Position numbers and translations under genes: made by a program
In this document: piece after piece, positions 1-11,018 of the stretch
How positions within the stretch are numbered: position 1 is the stretch's first letter
Layout of the letters: the number at the start of each line of letters is the position of its first letter
NCBI RefSeq assembly: GCF_000400465.1
Contig: NW_008806282.1
Coordinates: 90,001 to 122,000, forward strand
Direction of reading: 5' to 3'
Length of the DNA: 32,000 nucleotides
Source: Wallemia ichthyophaga EXF-994
Taxonomy: Eukaryota > Fungi > Basidiomycota
Notes under the pieces: model-generated
The model's input: the letters and a program-made list of their open reading frames with translations, nothing else
Databases searched by the model: none
What the model was told of the DNA's origin: nothing

Positions 1-48
1 GTTGGATAGACAGATACAACGACCAAGATACTTTGAATAAAATAAAAA

Positions 49-1191
49 ATGGGCGGCGGTGATCTAAATATGAAAAAGAGCTGGCATCCTATGCTGATGA
101 AGAACCAGAGAGTGGTTTGGGATAAAGAGCAGGATGTTCTCCACGAGAAGAAGAAACTTGAGCAGTTGAGAAGGGAGAAGGAGGAGGAGAGGCAACTGCA
201 GCAACTGCAGCAATTACAACACGCTTCTACGGGCTCAGCACCTTCCGACAGAATGGAATGGATGTACGCTGCTCCTGCCACCGCTAACTCTTTAAACTCA
301 TCCGAAATGGAAGATTATCTCCTTGGCAAGAAGAGGGTTGATCATATTCTAAAGGGTGACGATGAGAAAGGGCTAGCGGGTCAGCAGCAACAGCAACCTC
401 AACAGCATCCCAACAATCCCCGTGACACCTCCTCTAAGATCAAACTAGACCCAATGCTCGCAATTAAACAACAAGAACAAGCTGCTTACGACGCTCTCCT
501 TAAAAACCCATTTAAACTTGGTCAGCTGAGGGAATCCGCAGGTCATTCATCCTCTTCCTCTAGAGCTGAAAAAGATGAACGCAAACAAGCTAGACATGAA
601 AAGAGGTTGTTCAAGGAGAGTTTAAGAGAGGGTAAAACACGTAATGATAGATTGGGTGATAGGTATGGTGATATAAGGGGTGATAGACGGAGTGGTAGAT
701 ACAGCGATAGATACAACGATAAATATAGCGATAAATATAGCGACAGATACAGTGACAGATACAGCGACAGATACAGCGACAAATACAGTGACAGATACAG
801 CGACAAATACAGTGATAGATACAACGATAGATACAACGACAGATACAACGATAGATATCGTGATAGTCATCGCTACTCCCCACCACCACGCAAGCATCAC
901 TCCCCATCACAGCATCCCCCAAATCCCTCCTCACAGTCTCGCGCTGATAAGTTGGCCGCTATGTCAGCTTCTGCCCAATCACTCCAATCCGAACGCGACA
1001 TTCGCCTCGCAGACATGCAACGCAAGGATGATGCCGAGAAGAAGCGTGACGATATTGCTAGATCCAGAGATGTGAAATATGGCAACCACAATCAATTCAT
1101 TGCAAACGAGCAACGTAAAGTTTATTCTGGAGATGGCGGTCTAGCTGAGCAAATGAGACGGAGGGGTGGTAACGGTGGTGGTGTAGTGTAA
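49..1191 (+). CDS. CWC25: Pre-mRNA splicing factor Cwc25 (380 aa, no intron needed)
   Basis: N-terminus MGGGDLNMKKSWHP and the later RMEWMY and DPMLAIK motifs match the Cwc25/CCDC49 family as I recall it. Low-complexity R/D/S/Y-rich C-terminal half. Confidence 0.92.
   Translation: MGGGDLNMKKSWHPMLMKNQRVVWDKEQDVLHEKKKLEQLRREKEEERQLQQLQQLQHASTGSAPSDRMEWMYAAPATANSLNSSEMEDYLLGKKRVDHILKGDDEKGLAGQQQQQPQQHPNNPRDTSSKIKLDPMLAIKQQEQAAYDALLKNPFKLGQLRESAGHSSSSSRAEKDERKQARHEKRLFKESLREGKTRNDRLGDRYGDIRGDRRSGRYSDRYNDKYSDKYSDRYSDRYSDRYSDKYSDRYSDKYSDRYNDRYNDRYNDRYRDSHRYSPPPRKHHSPSQHPPNPSSQSRADKLAAMSASAQSLQSERDIRLADMQRKDDAEKKRDDIARSRDVKYGNHNQFIANEQRKVYSGDGGLAEQMRRRGGNGGGVV
697..864 (+). repeat. Coding minisatellite: 14 x 12-bp units encoding [RK]Y[SNR]D inside CWC25
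   Basis: Units such as AGATACAGCGAC / AAATACAGTGAC counted directly. Protein reads RYSD RYND KYSD KYSD RYSD ... RYND RYRD. Confidence 0.97.
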
Positions 1192-1266
1192 TATAACAAT
1201 TAACATAAATATATTCATGTACTTGTAAATGTACATCTAATTCTATCTCCATTTAAACAACCCACT

Positions 1267-2811
1267 CTAAACACTAATCGTTTTGCAAATATTAAACCCA
1301 TCCGAGGCCGTAGACACAAAACAGCCGGGCACCTGCGCATGCCAGTGAACCTCTTTGATATCCTTCTGGCCTTGATGACAGAACATGAGTTGAGGAGGAA
1401 CGAGCTGCTCGACCTCGCTAGCCAACTCCTCCTGATCGAGCTCAACAGCGAGATCCCACAGGGTGACCTGATCGTCTGCACCTGAAGCAGCGAGGACCGA
1501 AGGCTCCTTATGATGCCACTCGATGCCCGTAATAGGACCTTTATGCCAATCGAACTGAGCAGCAGGCTGAGGGGCAGTGCTAGTACCTGGTTTGAAATTG
1601 CGCAAATCCCACACCTTTACCATTCCTTCATCACCCCCAGATGCCAGCAGATACTCCGTGTTTTTGTTCCAATTAATTACGTTCACATCCTCGCTATGTG
1701 CGTCGAGGACGCTGACGACAGCTGTGCGCGTGCGCACACGCGTATCCCATACGCGCACACTCCTGTCAGCAGAGCACGATGCGAATACGGTGCGTTCACT
1801 AGGCGACCACTGCAGGTCCTCAACGGAAGAGGTGTGCGAGGTGAATGGGGCGGGTGACGGGATATATCCGCTATCAGTGAAAGTAGAGTTGTGAATAACG
1901 CCCGCGCAGTCACCCGTCAGGAGCTGTCTCTCGCTCGCACCCTCGCGCGACCAGTCAAGCGCAAAACCCTCTTCGCTATGCGAGTTTATAGTGTAAAGAG
2001 GTTTATTATCGCGCGTCTTATCTACCATATACCCTGGATTAGCTAGTGCGAGTTGATGAGGACGGATGTTGAAGATGTGCACTTTGCCTGTATCTGCCCA
2101 GGTAGCAGCGAGATAAGGACGGTTGGGCATGCTAGTTGGATCAGTTGGTACGAAATTGTCTTCCACGCCCGCCACTCGGAATCGATTGATTCCACCGCGG
2201 TGCGCAATTGACTTGTACTCAAGTGTAGGCGTCTCATCTGCCGTCTCATCATCTTCTTCTTCGTCGCTGTCATCGTTCTGCTGCGTCTTCCATAAATTCC
2301 CCCAGCGCATTACGAGCACCTCATTCGCATCACCAGCCGCTTGCGTTCCCGTTGCTGCGTACATCTCTTGCGGATACGTACGGCGCTCCTCACCGCCCCC
2401 ATCGCGCAACAAGTCGAACGACAGACAAGGCCATGGAACAGACATCGTGTGCAGCATCTCGTAAACTGAGTTATCAGGCTCGAGTATTTCGTCTGGTTTG
2501 AGTTTATATTGGTGCGGTATGTAAGGCTGCGCGGATGGTGCTTGGGTGTCTCCTTCTTGGCCATTGTCGCCATTATCCACGCCGCCTATCTGCTCCATAT
2601 CGTCCATCTGCTCCACCCCATCCTCATCCTCATTCTCCCCGTCGTGTACCTCCCCGTCGCTCTCAAACTCATCCTCGTAGTTGTCCTCAAATTCTCCCAT
2701 CCCGTCTTCTCCTCCCCGGGAACCGTCGTGGCGCTCTTGTCCAGCGCGGCTCTTGGCTTGTGGCTGCTCTGCGCTGGCTGCTAATGGCGACGAGCGTCTC
2801 TTTGCTGGCAT
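1267..2811 (-). CDS. RRB1: Ribosome assembly WD40 protein Rrb1/GRWD1
   Basis: Acidic N-terminus, DNSVYEMLH...WPCLSFD (CAF1C/H4-binding-type) motif, WD repeats (SVEDLQWSPSE, DVNVISW-like, QLMFCHQGQKDIKEVHWH). Start taken at MPAKRR (ATG at 2811) rather than the ORF-track start at 2901. Confidence 0.9.
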   Translation of the reverse strand: MPAKRRSSPLAASAEQPQAKSRAGQERHDGSRGGEDGMGEFEDNYEDEFESDGEVHDGENEDEDGVEQMDDMEQIGGVDNGDNGQEGDTQAPSAQPYIPHQYKLKPDEILEPDNSVYEMLHTMSVPWPCLSFDLLRDGGGEERRTYPQEMYAATGTQAAGDANEVLVMRWGNLWKTQQNDDSDEEEDDETADETPTLEYKSIAHRGGINRFRVAGVEDNFVPTDPTSMPNRPYLAATWADTGKVHIFNIRPHQLALANPGYMVDKTRDNKPLYTINSHSEEGFALDWSREGASERQLLTGDCAGVIHNSTFTDSGYIPSPAPFTSHTSSVEDLQWSPSERTVFASCSADRSVRVWDTRVRTRTAVVSVLDAHSEDVNVINWNKNTEYLLASGGDEGMVKVWDLRNFKPGTSTAPQPAAQFDWHKGPITGIEWHHKEPSVLAASGADDQVTLWDLAVELDQEELASEVEQLVPPQLMFCHQGQKDIKEVHWHAQVPGCFVSTASDGFNICKTISV

Positions 2812-2961
2812 CTTGGTTGGTGGTCGTAGTCCGGAACAAGGCGTTGCAAAGGAAATGAAATTTGTGTTGCGAGTGCAAGTTGACATTAATAAAGATAACA
2901 ATTAAATAGTACATACGCCAACCACATAAACGCATCAAATACACACTCTTAACACGCTCAT

Positions 2962-5900
2962 TTACCCCACATTTGCCCTCTCTGGATCCTTCATCCTGTG
3001 CACCTTGACCTCCTTGCCCAGCGAGATACTCGACATGTCCTGTGGCGTGATGAGCACGTACTGTATCCCTGTCGACGATTTCGCAGTTTCGATCTGTTGA
3101 GCGAGCGCGTCAGCAATCACCTCACAACAAATCCCCACACACCATCATTTTCATACTGATTTTGCGGTTAACAGCATCCATAAACACCTATTATCCGCGT
3201 TAGTCATGTCCTGTACCCACGCACTCCACCCACATCGAACTCATCCAGACATCTGATAGGACATCCAATCGCCTCCCATAGCGATAGGAGGAGGCAGATT
3301 GTAGAGAAGCTCTTCTCTCCGCCCGACAGCGACTTGGGATCCTTATCGCGTCTCCCCTGCGTAGCGAGCTGGTCGTCCGTCTGCACCATCAAATCGAGAC
3401 GTCTTTCACTGTGGTTGAAGTTGATTGTCCCGTAATACCCACGCACCGAGAGATGAAACATGAATTGGTACTTGGCTCGCATAGCGATGTGTTTACGAAA
3501 CTGCAGCCATTTCTGGGTACGCAAGTCGAGTGCCTTTTTAAGTTGGCGGATAAACGCATTCATCTCGTTTATATCTTTGTGCGCGCTATCTACGGCATCC
3601 AAAGCTCTGTGGTACTCTGCCGTCACTGCCTCTATGCCTTGTCCACTCCTCTGCTGCCGCGCGTGCAAGGCTGTTTCTATGCCCTGTATGTCGCGCTGTA
3701 TGTCCGTGACTGTGCGTGTCGTGTTCACTCGCCCTGGACATATCTCGTCTGCTTGCTCGAATGCTAATTTCAAGTCCCTCTCCAGTCTCCCCAATTTACT
3801 CTCGAATACACCTACTTTTTCTGACTCCTGCTGTTTCTGCTTGCGCCGGTGGTTCAGTGCTGCCACTGCCTGGTTATTTGCGTTGTGCGCATGTTTCAAA
3901 TTTTCCTCTATGTTCTGCCGCGTCTTGTCGTAGTCTGCCAGCTGTCTCTTCACCTCACTCAAACGCTCCATGTGCGGTTGAATGGAACTATTCAGTTCGT
4001 GCTGTTTGCTCGCTATCGCTGCATACTGCTGCTGCACTTTGCCCACCTCCTCCTTTTGCTCTGTAATGGCGTCGTCGAGTGCGGATATGTTCACCGGCTG
4101 CACACTCTGCAGACTCTCTCTCAGCTGGTTGATCTTCTCTTCACAATTTCTCTTCTCGTTGTATGCGCGGTTCTGTTCGCCCTTGTGTCGCATTGCTTCC
4201 TGCCTCACCTCTTCCACCCTCGCTGATGTGCTCATCTCCTGTCTCTGAATTCCTTGGTAATTTGTTCTAGCTTCTTTCAGTCGCTCCTCGGCTATCCTGC
4301 GCGCTTCCGTGTAATCAGTCGTCAGTCGAGGCGCTCCCTTGTAAGGAGGGAGTGTAATAGTTGAGCTCCCCACACCACCGCCAACTTGGAATAGTCCATT
4401 TAGTACATAGCAGCTTGTCACATTGTTCGGTTGGTTTCTCATTATTTTGTCAGCATCTTGGCGATCTCTAACCAGTATTGACGACTCTGAACGCGATTGG
4501 TTGACCAGTATACACCTCACTTCGGATGATTCACACTTTAATACCCTATCGATGGTGACAAACTCGCTGGATGGCTCACCGTTCGAGAAATCAAATGTCC
4601 TTTCACCCATCTGAATTACACCCGATGACGCGCCGTGTCTTTTCAAAATACCAAGCAACTTCTTACGGTCTTGGAAGTTGCTACAGGCGAATGCATTGAG
4701 CGTTCCACCCAACACACTCTCCAAAACTTTGCTCCATTTGTTATCGACCAATTTGACATATCTACCGAGTGGGCCGATTGGCTTTTCATTCCACTGCTGT
4801 CTTTCAATCTCTCTGATAATCTCAGGCATCTTATTTCCAAATGCTGCCTGTCTGTCGTTTTGAGATGCTCGAATTTGGTTAATGTCCTGCTGCGATTGCT
4901 GGATGTTGCTCTCCCAACCACTCTTCTGTCTCTTGAGATCTGCAAACTCATTCGATAGCGCTTCAGATTGGTTTCTCATTTCATCCACGTTCGATAAGGC
5001 CTCGAGTTCACTCTGGTTGTGCAACTCTATTTGCTCCTGCAGCTCATCCATCTTGCGACGCGTTTCATCGTTCTGTGCATTGTGGTCGATTTGCAGACGT
5101 GCATACTCTTCATTCTTCTGGTTCTCGAAGTCTCTAATTGTCGTTTGGATTTCATTGAGATAGTGGTTTAAATCGGCTTCCTCCTTTCTGTTGTTTTGGA
5201 GCTTAGTTTTGTGCACTTTAAAGTGGTCGTTGAGCGCCTCCTTCTCCTTTCTGAGTGCATTTAGTTGTGAGTCCTCGTCCATTGTGATCGATTCATATTT
5301 CTGCACCTCGGCCTGTGTCTCCTGATAGTCCATCTCGGCCGTTTGGAGAGCCTCTTCAATGGCGACCATTCTCTGCCTCGCCACCTCGTAGTCCTTCTCT
5401 TCGGCGTCGATATCTCTCTGCATCGCGGCGGGCACTGACCACGCTAGCTCGTTCTTCAGTTCAAGCAGTTTGTGCTGCTGATCTCTCGCCTTGGTCGCCT
5501 CTTTGTATCGCGAGTGTGCTCTATTTGCAGCCTCTTCTAGCGCTGGCAGCCTCTCCTTCTTATGCACGGTTGCGTCTCTCGCACTTGAGATGTTTTCGGA
5601 TATAAGCTGGTATTCGTCCGAGAGCTGCGTGAGCTGTGTGCCCTTAAGGAAGAAGTCATACTTCTCCTTGGCATGGCTGGCACTCAGGAATTGTCTCGCT
5701 TGGTCCTGGCTGAGGACGTTCATTGGGTTGTCGACCTGTATCATAAAGTGGTCGCAGATTGCTGTCAACTCCTGGCGCGTTGTGCTCACTGTTTTCCCGC
5801 TCGCACTTTTCAGCTTGAGGGCGTTGCCGATATCCCTCACCGTGCGCTCCACAACGATCGTCTTGCCGTAAACATCCTGCTTGTATGCTTCAGTGCCTTC

Positions 5901-6487
5901 GTTCTTTAGTTTGAGAATGATTTGTGCCTGGCTGTGGAAATTGTTGAGTGATCAGCCTCCGCGAAGAAGACACACCAACCTCTGACCAGATTTAATAAAC
6001 GACTTCAAGCTGCTGCCTCTGTTCGTAGCTGTAGCTCTCCCACCCAGCGCCAGAGTTATCGCTGTGAGAATTGCTGATTTCCCAGAACCGTTATGACCGA
6101 TGATGAAGTTGAGCTGAGGGCCCAAGTCAACTGGTGCTGTCAGCTGGATGCTCTGGATAGCCACCTGCACGAAACTCACAGGATAAATACTTGTGGCACA
6201 TGAAATTGTACACCTCCACGTACTGGATAATTCCAGCAGCTGCGACTCTTCCCTTGCTTTTCTTCTGCGTCTGGTCCTGCCTCTGTTCCTGCGCCACTAT
6301 CTGCATCTGCGCCGCATCAATCTCCTCATCTTCTTCGAGCTGGTCGTCGTCTTCTGAATTACCACCCTTGTGCTGCTTGTGTGGCGGCTGGAGATTATTT
6401 TAGCGCGTAAAACACCAGTAAATCCCCACCCACGCCATCTGTATCCTCCTCCAACAACAATCCATTATCCCGTTTTCCGCGTTTCAT
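2962..6487 (-). CDS. SMC6: Structural maintenance of chromosomes protein 6, about 1095 aa, 6 exons
   Basis: NFMCH, Walker A GHNGSGKS, long coiled coils, LSGGEKSFSTICLLLSLW...CLDEFDVFMD C-terminal head. Hand-built introns 6388-6433, 6131-6179, 5932-5979, 3188-3233 and 3094-3142 (all GT-AG, 46-49 nt) give a continuous frame of 3288 nt. Confidence 0.93.
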
Positions 6488-6507
6488 TAGTGATGATAAC
6501 CGAGAAG

Positions 6508-6587
6508 ACGCGTGTGTCATCATCGAGGGTGGTGTTATACTTTTATCGTACACATTCTCATCTCAAGTTTCCTTTTGGTAAACGCGT
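6508..6587. promoter_or_regulatory. Two MCB-type ACGCGT boxes upstream of SMC6
   Basis: ACGCGT at 6508-6513 and 6582-6587, within 100 nt upstream of the SMC6 ATG. MCB boxes are established G1/S elements of fungal DNA replication and repair genes. The hexamer also occurs by chance elsewhere in the window. Confidence 0.45.
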
Positions 6588-7087
6588 TCTTTTACATGCA
6601 TCATTTCGGTCCTCGAAAACACACAGCAGCTAGTTCCTGTTCGCTCTGGGCCGTCGATAGCACACTTGATTGATAAATTCTCCTTTACTGCTATGTATTT
6701 TGTAGCTTTGAGCCGACTTAGTACAAATACAGCCTTCCTTTCACCTAAATCAGACTTTCCTGAACAATGAAAATTTCTGTTGCTGCCATTTGCAACACGA
6801 GCAATGGGTTAAGAACAAAGTAAAGACTTTCATGACATATTCATAGCATATTTTAACCGGTTCAAACAATCTGAAAAGGGTACGCATTGATATTTGTCTC
6901 CTGAATATATATGAACGTTTGCATTTGCAATATCAACAGCAGTGATATGAGAATGAAGAACAATTCGTTGGAAATTGACCTTCAATTACAATCGCCTACT
7001 GCCTTTGGTTGATTAGGGGCTCCCGCGCAAGTCAAATAGATTGACAGCCGGAGCTTCAAATCCATTCACTCTAAATCAATTACTCTC

Positions 7088-7129
7088 GATGTCATCGAAC
7101 TCTTCCATGTCGTCGACGTCAATACCCTT
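7088..7129 (-). repeat. Exact 42-bp second copy of the eEF3 3'-terminal coding sequence (7561-7602)
   Basis: GATGTCATCGAACTCTTCCATGTCGTCGACGTCAATACCCTT occurs identically at 7088-7129 and 7561-7602. On the minus strand it encodes [14 protein letters not shown]. Confidence 0.95.
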
Positions 7130-7557
7130 TTCCTCAGCTAAGAAAACCAAGCGTGTCAAACGTAACAGAATTGTCATCGACTTTAACTAGAATCGTCGCT
7201 TGATGCAAAGACTTCAAGAGTCAAGTTGTCTCATTTTATATTGCTACAAAATATTTGCTAACTATATTTTCTTGCTCAATCTTTTTGGAACAGTCTTTTC
7301 GCTCAAGCAAACGTCTTGAAAATCTTCTTTGTCAAACTTCTTTCTTGATAAATCTTCATTATCCTTGGACAATCACATACTCAAACTCATCGTGAGCATG
7401 TGTTTGCCTTGTGTGTTAATCAGTGTTAACAATATTCAGCATCAACAGCTAGTCATATCAACATCCTGCTTGTATTAAGCACTATGCCTGTCAGCTTCAA
7501 CGAGTAGACTAAACGAGTGAAATAAAAGATTCATAAAATAGAAGAATAGCTACACGA

Positions 7558-10500
7558 CTAGATGTCATCGAACTCTTCCATGTCGTCGACGTCAATACCC
7601 TTCTTCTTGAGCGCCATACGTTCCTTCTTCTTCTTTCTGAGCTCAGAGGCGTTCAATCTGGCCTGTTTCTTTTCGCTGACGATCTTGTTACCAAGGGCAT
7701 CAAACTTGTCTTCTTCATCGTCCTTCTTCTCAATCTTGGTCTTACCTTGACCTTCGACCTATAATGACGTCAGTGAGATATTTTCCAGAAAAGTGTGATA
7801 TTTCTACTTGCCCAATTATGACCTGATGCTTCCAAGTAACCGTCTCTCATTGCCCTGTGTAACGCTGTCAGTATTATTCACACTAGTAACAAGTGTCACC
7901 CACCAAACTTCGGAACAGATCGATTCGGAGAATTCTCTGTTGTGAGTGATGATCAAAACACCACCACCGAAGACCTTGAGGGCTTCAATGAGTGCTGCGA
8001 GTGACTCTCTGTCGAGATAGTTTGTTGGCTCATCCAAACAGATTACGTGTGGCTTTCTCCAGGTGGCAGCACCGAGAACAACCTTGACCTTTTGTCCACC
8101 AGAGAGACCTGCTTGGGTGTAAGAAATAGACTCTAAGATACTATATCACCATACCTCTCATGGTGTTGTGGGTGGTGAACTCTGACTCGAGACCAAAGTC
8201 CTCAAAGTGCTTCTCGATCTCCTTACGCACAAGTGGTCTCATCATACCGAGTCTCTGGGCCTCACGGGTGTCAACCTCCATGACCTTCTTCTCGAAACCT
8301 CTCTTGACGAGCTCGTCGCGAGAGAACCACATGTTGTCAGCAGAGGACATGCCCTTGAAGCCACACTCGTACTCGTAAGATTGCTTGAGCTTCTTACGGC
8401 CGACAATCTCCTCAATGTAGCGCTTCTGGCCTTCGATGATGACGACAGAGCCGTTCTTCATCTTCTCAGCCTCCTCCTCGGTGATTTGGCGCGTCTCCTT
8501 CATCATCTCCTCGAGATCCTCACCTGTCTGGTATCTCCAGAGCATGTACTCGAGTGGGGTCTTGTCGAGGTGGTTGTCGATGTGGTGGAAGGCGTGCTGG
8601 GCGACATATCCGATAACCAGGTTAGGGTGCTTCCATACCTCACCGCTAATGTTTGGCTCAATGTCACCGATGAGCAGCTTGACGAGCGTCGATTTACCCG
8701 CTCCGTTTGGTCCGAGGACGGCAACACGTGACGAGAGGGATACTTGCAGCGTTATGTCAAACAGCTGTTGCACCTTGGCGGTAGGGTACTGGAAGTTCAC
8801 CTTACGCATCTTGAGCAGCGACTTCTCCTTGGTCTTGACACCCTCCAACATTGGTGGCTCTGGGAGAATGAACTTGTACTCCTCGCTAGCGGCAATCTCG
8901 AAGAAGGACTTGGCCTCTGGGACGAGTTTAGCAAAGTTCTCGAGGTTACCTGGGTAACGCTTGATCTTGAACTTGCTCAAGTAGATGACGTCGGTGATGG
9001 TCTTGTTGAGGAACTCCGAGTCGTGGGACACAATGATGGAGGTACAGTGGGTGAGGGAGGTAAGGTAGTCAATGATCCATTGCACGTTCAACACATCCAA
9101 GTGGTTGGTTGGCTCATCGAGCAACAAGATGTCGGCCTTGAAGAGGATGGCTCTGGCCAAGGCAAGCTTCATCTTCCATCCACCAGAGAGAGAGCCGATG
9201 GACTCGTCTTGGCGCTCCTCACTGAAACCGACAGTGGCCAAACCTTGTCTGATCTCAGCTTCGTCAGCCTCAATACGCTTGTCAGCTTGGACGAATTGGA
9301 CAACAGTGGTGTCTTCCTCGCTACCGTCAATGTCGTGCTCGACGTAGAAGGTACGGACTTCGTCTGGTGATGGGAAACCTTCAACTTGACCATTTACAAT
9401 GGCTCTCATGAGAGTGGATTTACCGGTACCGTTACGACCAAGGAGACCGTATCTGTGACCTCTCTTAAGACGAAGGGTGGCGGTGTTGAGAAGAATCTTA
9501 GCACCGTAAGCCAATGAGAAGGTACAGTTACAGAGATCTTCACCCTCCTCTTCGTCAGGGAAGACGTGCTCAACCTCGGCATCGTCAGCGGAGGTCTTTT
9601 CGAGCAACTCCTTGACGACGGCCTTTGCTTGTGAGTTGACAGAGGCTGGGTCGACAGCGTTGAGTTGGAGAGAGATGAGCTGGACGAGAGCAGAAGTCCA
9701 CTCAGTTTCCTCACCGCAGCGAGCATTTGAAAGCTCTTGGCCGAGACGGGCAATGTATGCGACGAAGCAGTCGTCAGCCTTGGCGAGAGAGTCACCAGTG
9801 TTCTTGAGAGCGGCAACTAAGACATCAACAACGTGGTTGAGTTCGATGGTTTTGATTGGTGGGAGATCGGTACCATCCGAGTTTTCTGGTACGCTACCAA
9901 CTTGACGGAGCTTCTTGATAGCGCGGTTGACGACAGAACGTGCTTCTGGGTCAGCGACAGATTCCTCAATCTTGATAAGACCTGGAAGAAGCTTTGGAAG
10001 GAAAGGACGAACGATACGCTCGTTGTCGACGAGGGTGGACATGTTGTCGATAATGACAGCAGTCTTACGACGGAGAGCAGTTTGACGTTCAGCGAGACCA
10101 CGAGAGAGAAGAGGTTCCATGAGGGCAAGGGTTGGTGAGTCGACCTCAGAAACGAAAGTGGTAGCGGCCAAAACTTGGATAGTTGTTGGGACCTTTTCGA
10201 CTGGGTTGATGAGACATTCTTGGAGTGCAGGAATGAATTTTTCAATATCCTTGTTGTTGACCTGGAGTGGAATATTGGTTAGTACATCAAGATAGCCACT
10301 TCAAAACACCCTCACAAGAGAACAAAGCTTCTTCAAAGAAGAACGTGCAGCCTTCTTGACATCTGATTTGGTGTCCCACATAACTTCAGCAAGAACAGGC
10401 ATACAATCCGGCATGAGACGAGCCATTTGGTCAGGGACAGATACAACGAGCTTGTTGAGAACAGCCAAACCACCAGTCTTAATTTGCCATTTACCTGCGG

Positions 10501-10918
10501 TTCTGATTTGCTCGAGGAGTGGTGGCAAAATGAAGGCAGTGGCCCAGTTGTTCATGACTGCGACGAAATCTTCAACGGCCTTGACAGCAGCATCTCTAAC
10601 AGCATTGCTCTTATCAGCGAAAGCTTCCAAGAGAGCGCCAAAGACGTCGTGTTGGGTTGAAAGAAGGAGGTATGGCTCAACAGGAGTGAATTGGCCACCT
10701 GCGACGATAGCAGAGATCAATTCGGCTGCGCCCTGTCTAGCGGTTTCGTTCTTCTTTTCAGATAAACCGCCGAGGATAGATTCAGGGAGAGAGAGAGTGG
10801 CGACTGCAGCAGGGCCACCGTCCTTGATAACTTTTACAACAGCTTCTTGAGCTGCGTTACGCGCGGCTTTATCAGCGTTGAATATGGCTGAAGTGTCTAA
10901 CTGTCCCGGCGTAGGCAT
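7558..10918 (-). CDS. YEF3: Translation elongation factor 3 (HEAT repeats + two ABC domains with chromodomain insert), about 1052 aa, 5 exons
   Basis: [12 protein letters not shown] and GPNGAGKST Walker A motifs, [20 protein letters not shown]-rich tail. Start MPTPGQ at 10918. Introns 10262-10315, 8109-8154, 7855-7903 and 7759-7811 (GC-AG) give 3159 nt in frame. Confidence 0.96.
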
Positions 10919-11018
10919 TTCCTCGTGGTTCTTGGTTAAGAGAAGGTTGGAATCCAACTTGACGAGCTTGTGAGATAATTTTTTAAAATATTCCGGGAAG
11001 AGCGTGAAAACGGTGTAG

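Noticed and set aside
9-22. GACAGATACAACGA upstream of CWC25 matches a repeat unit (838-851)
   Set aside because: Only 14 nt of low-complexity sequence at the window edge; cannot be distinguished from chance.
697-864. Regular repeat as a possible CRISPR-like array
   Set aside because: Units are contiguous with no spacers, lie in frame in a eukaryotic CDS, and there are no cas genes.
543-1075. Multiple overlapping ORFs (LYLS-, CRCI-, VVSV-, TDTA-repeat proteins) across the CWC25 repeat
   Set aside because: They arise because the 12-bp unit lacks stops in most frames; no independent evidence of coding.
2812-2901. ORF-track N-terminal extension of RRB1, and similar extensions of eEF3 (to 11167), MRPL22 (to 12252) and the F-box gene (to 27854)
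   Set aside because: Several start at near-cognate codons or overlap neighbouring genes. Downstream ATGs give family-typical or more plausible N-termini.
8160-10850. Long antisense ORFs (up to 208 aa) opposite eEF3
   Set aside because: Expected shadow of strong codon bias in a highly expressed gene; no recognisable domains.
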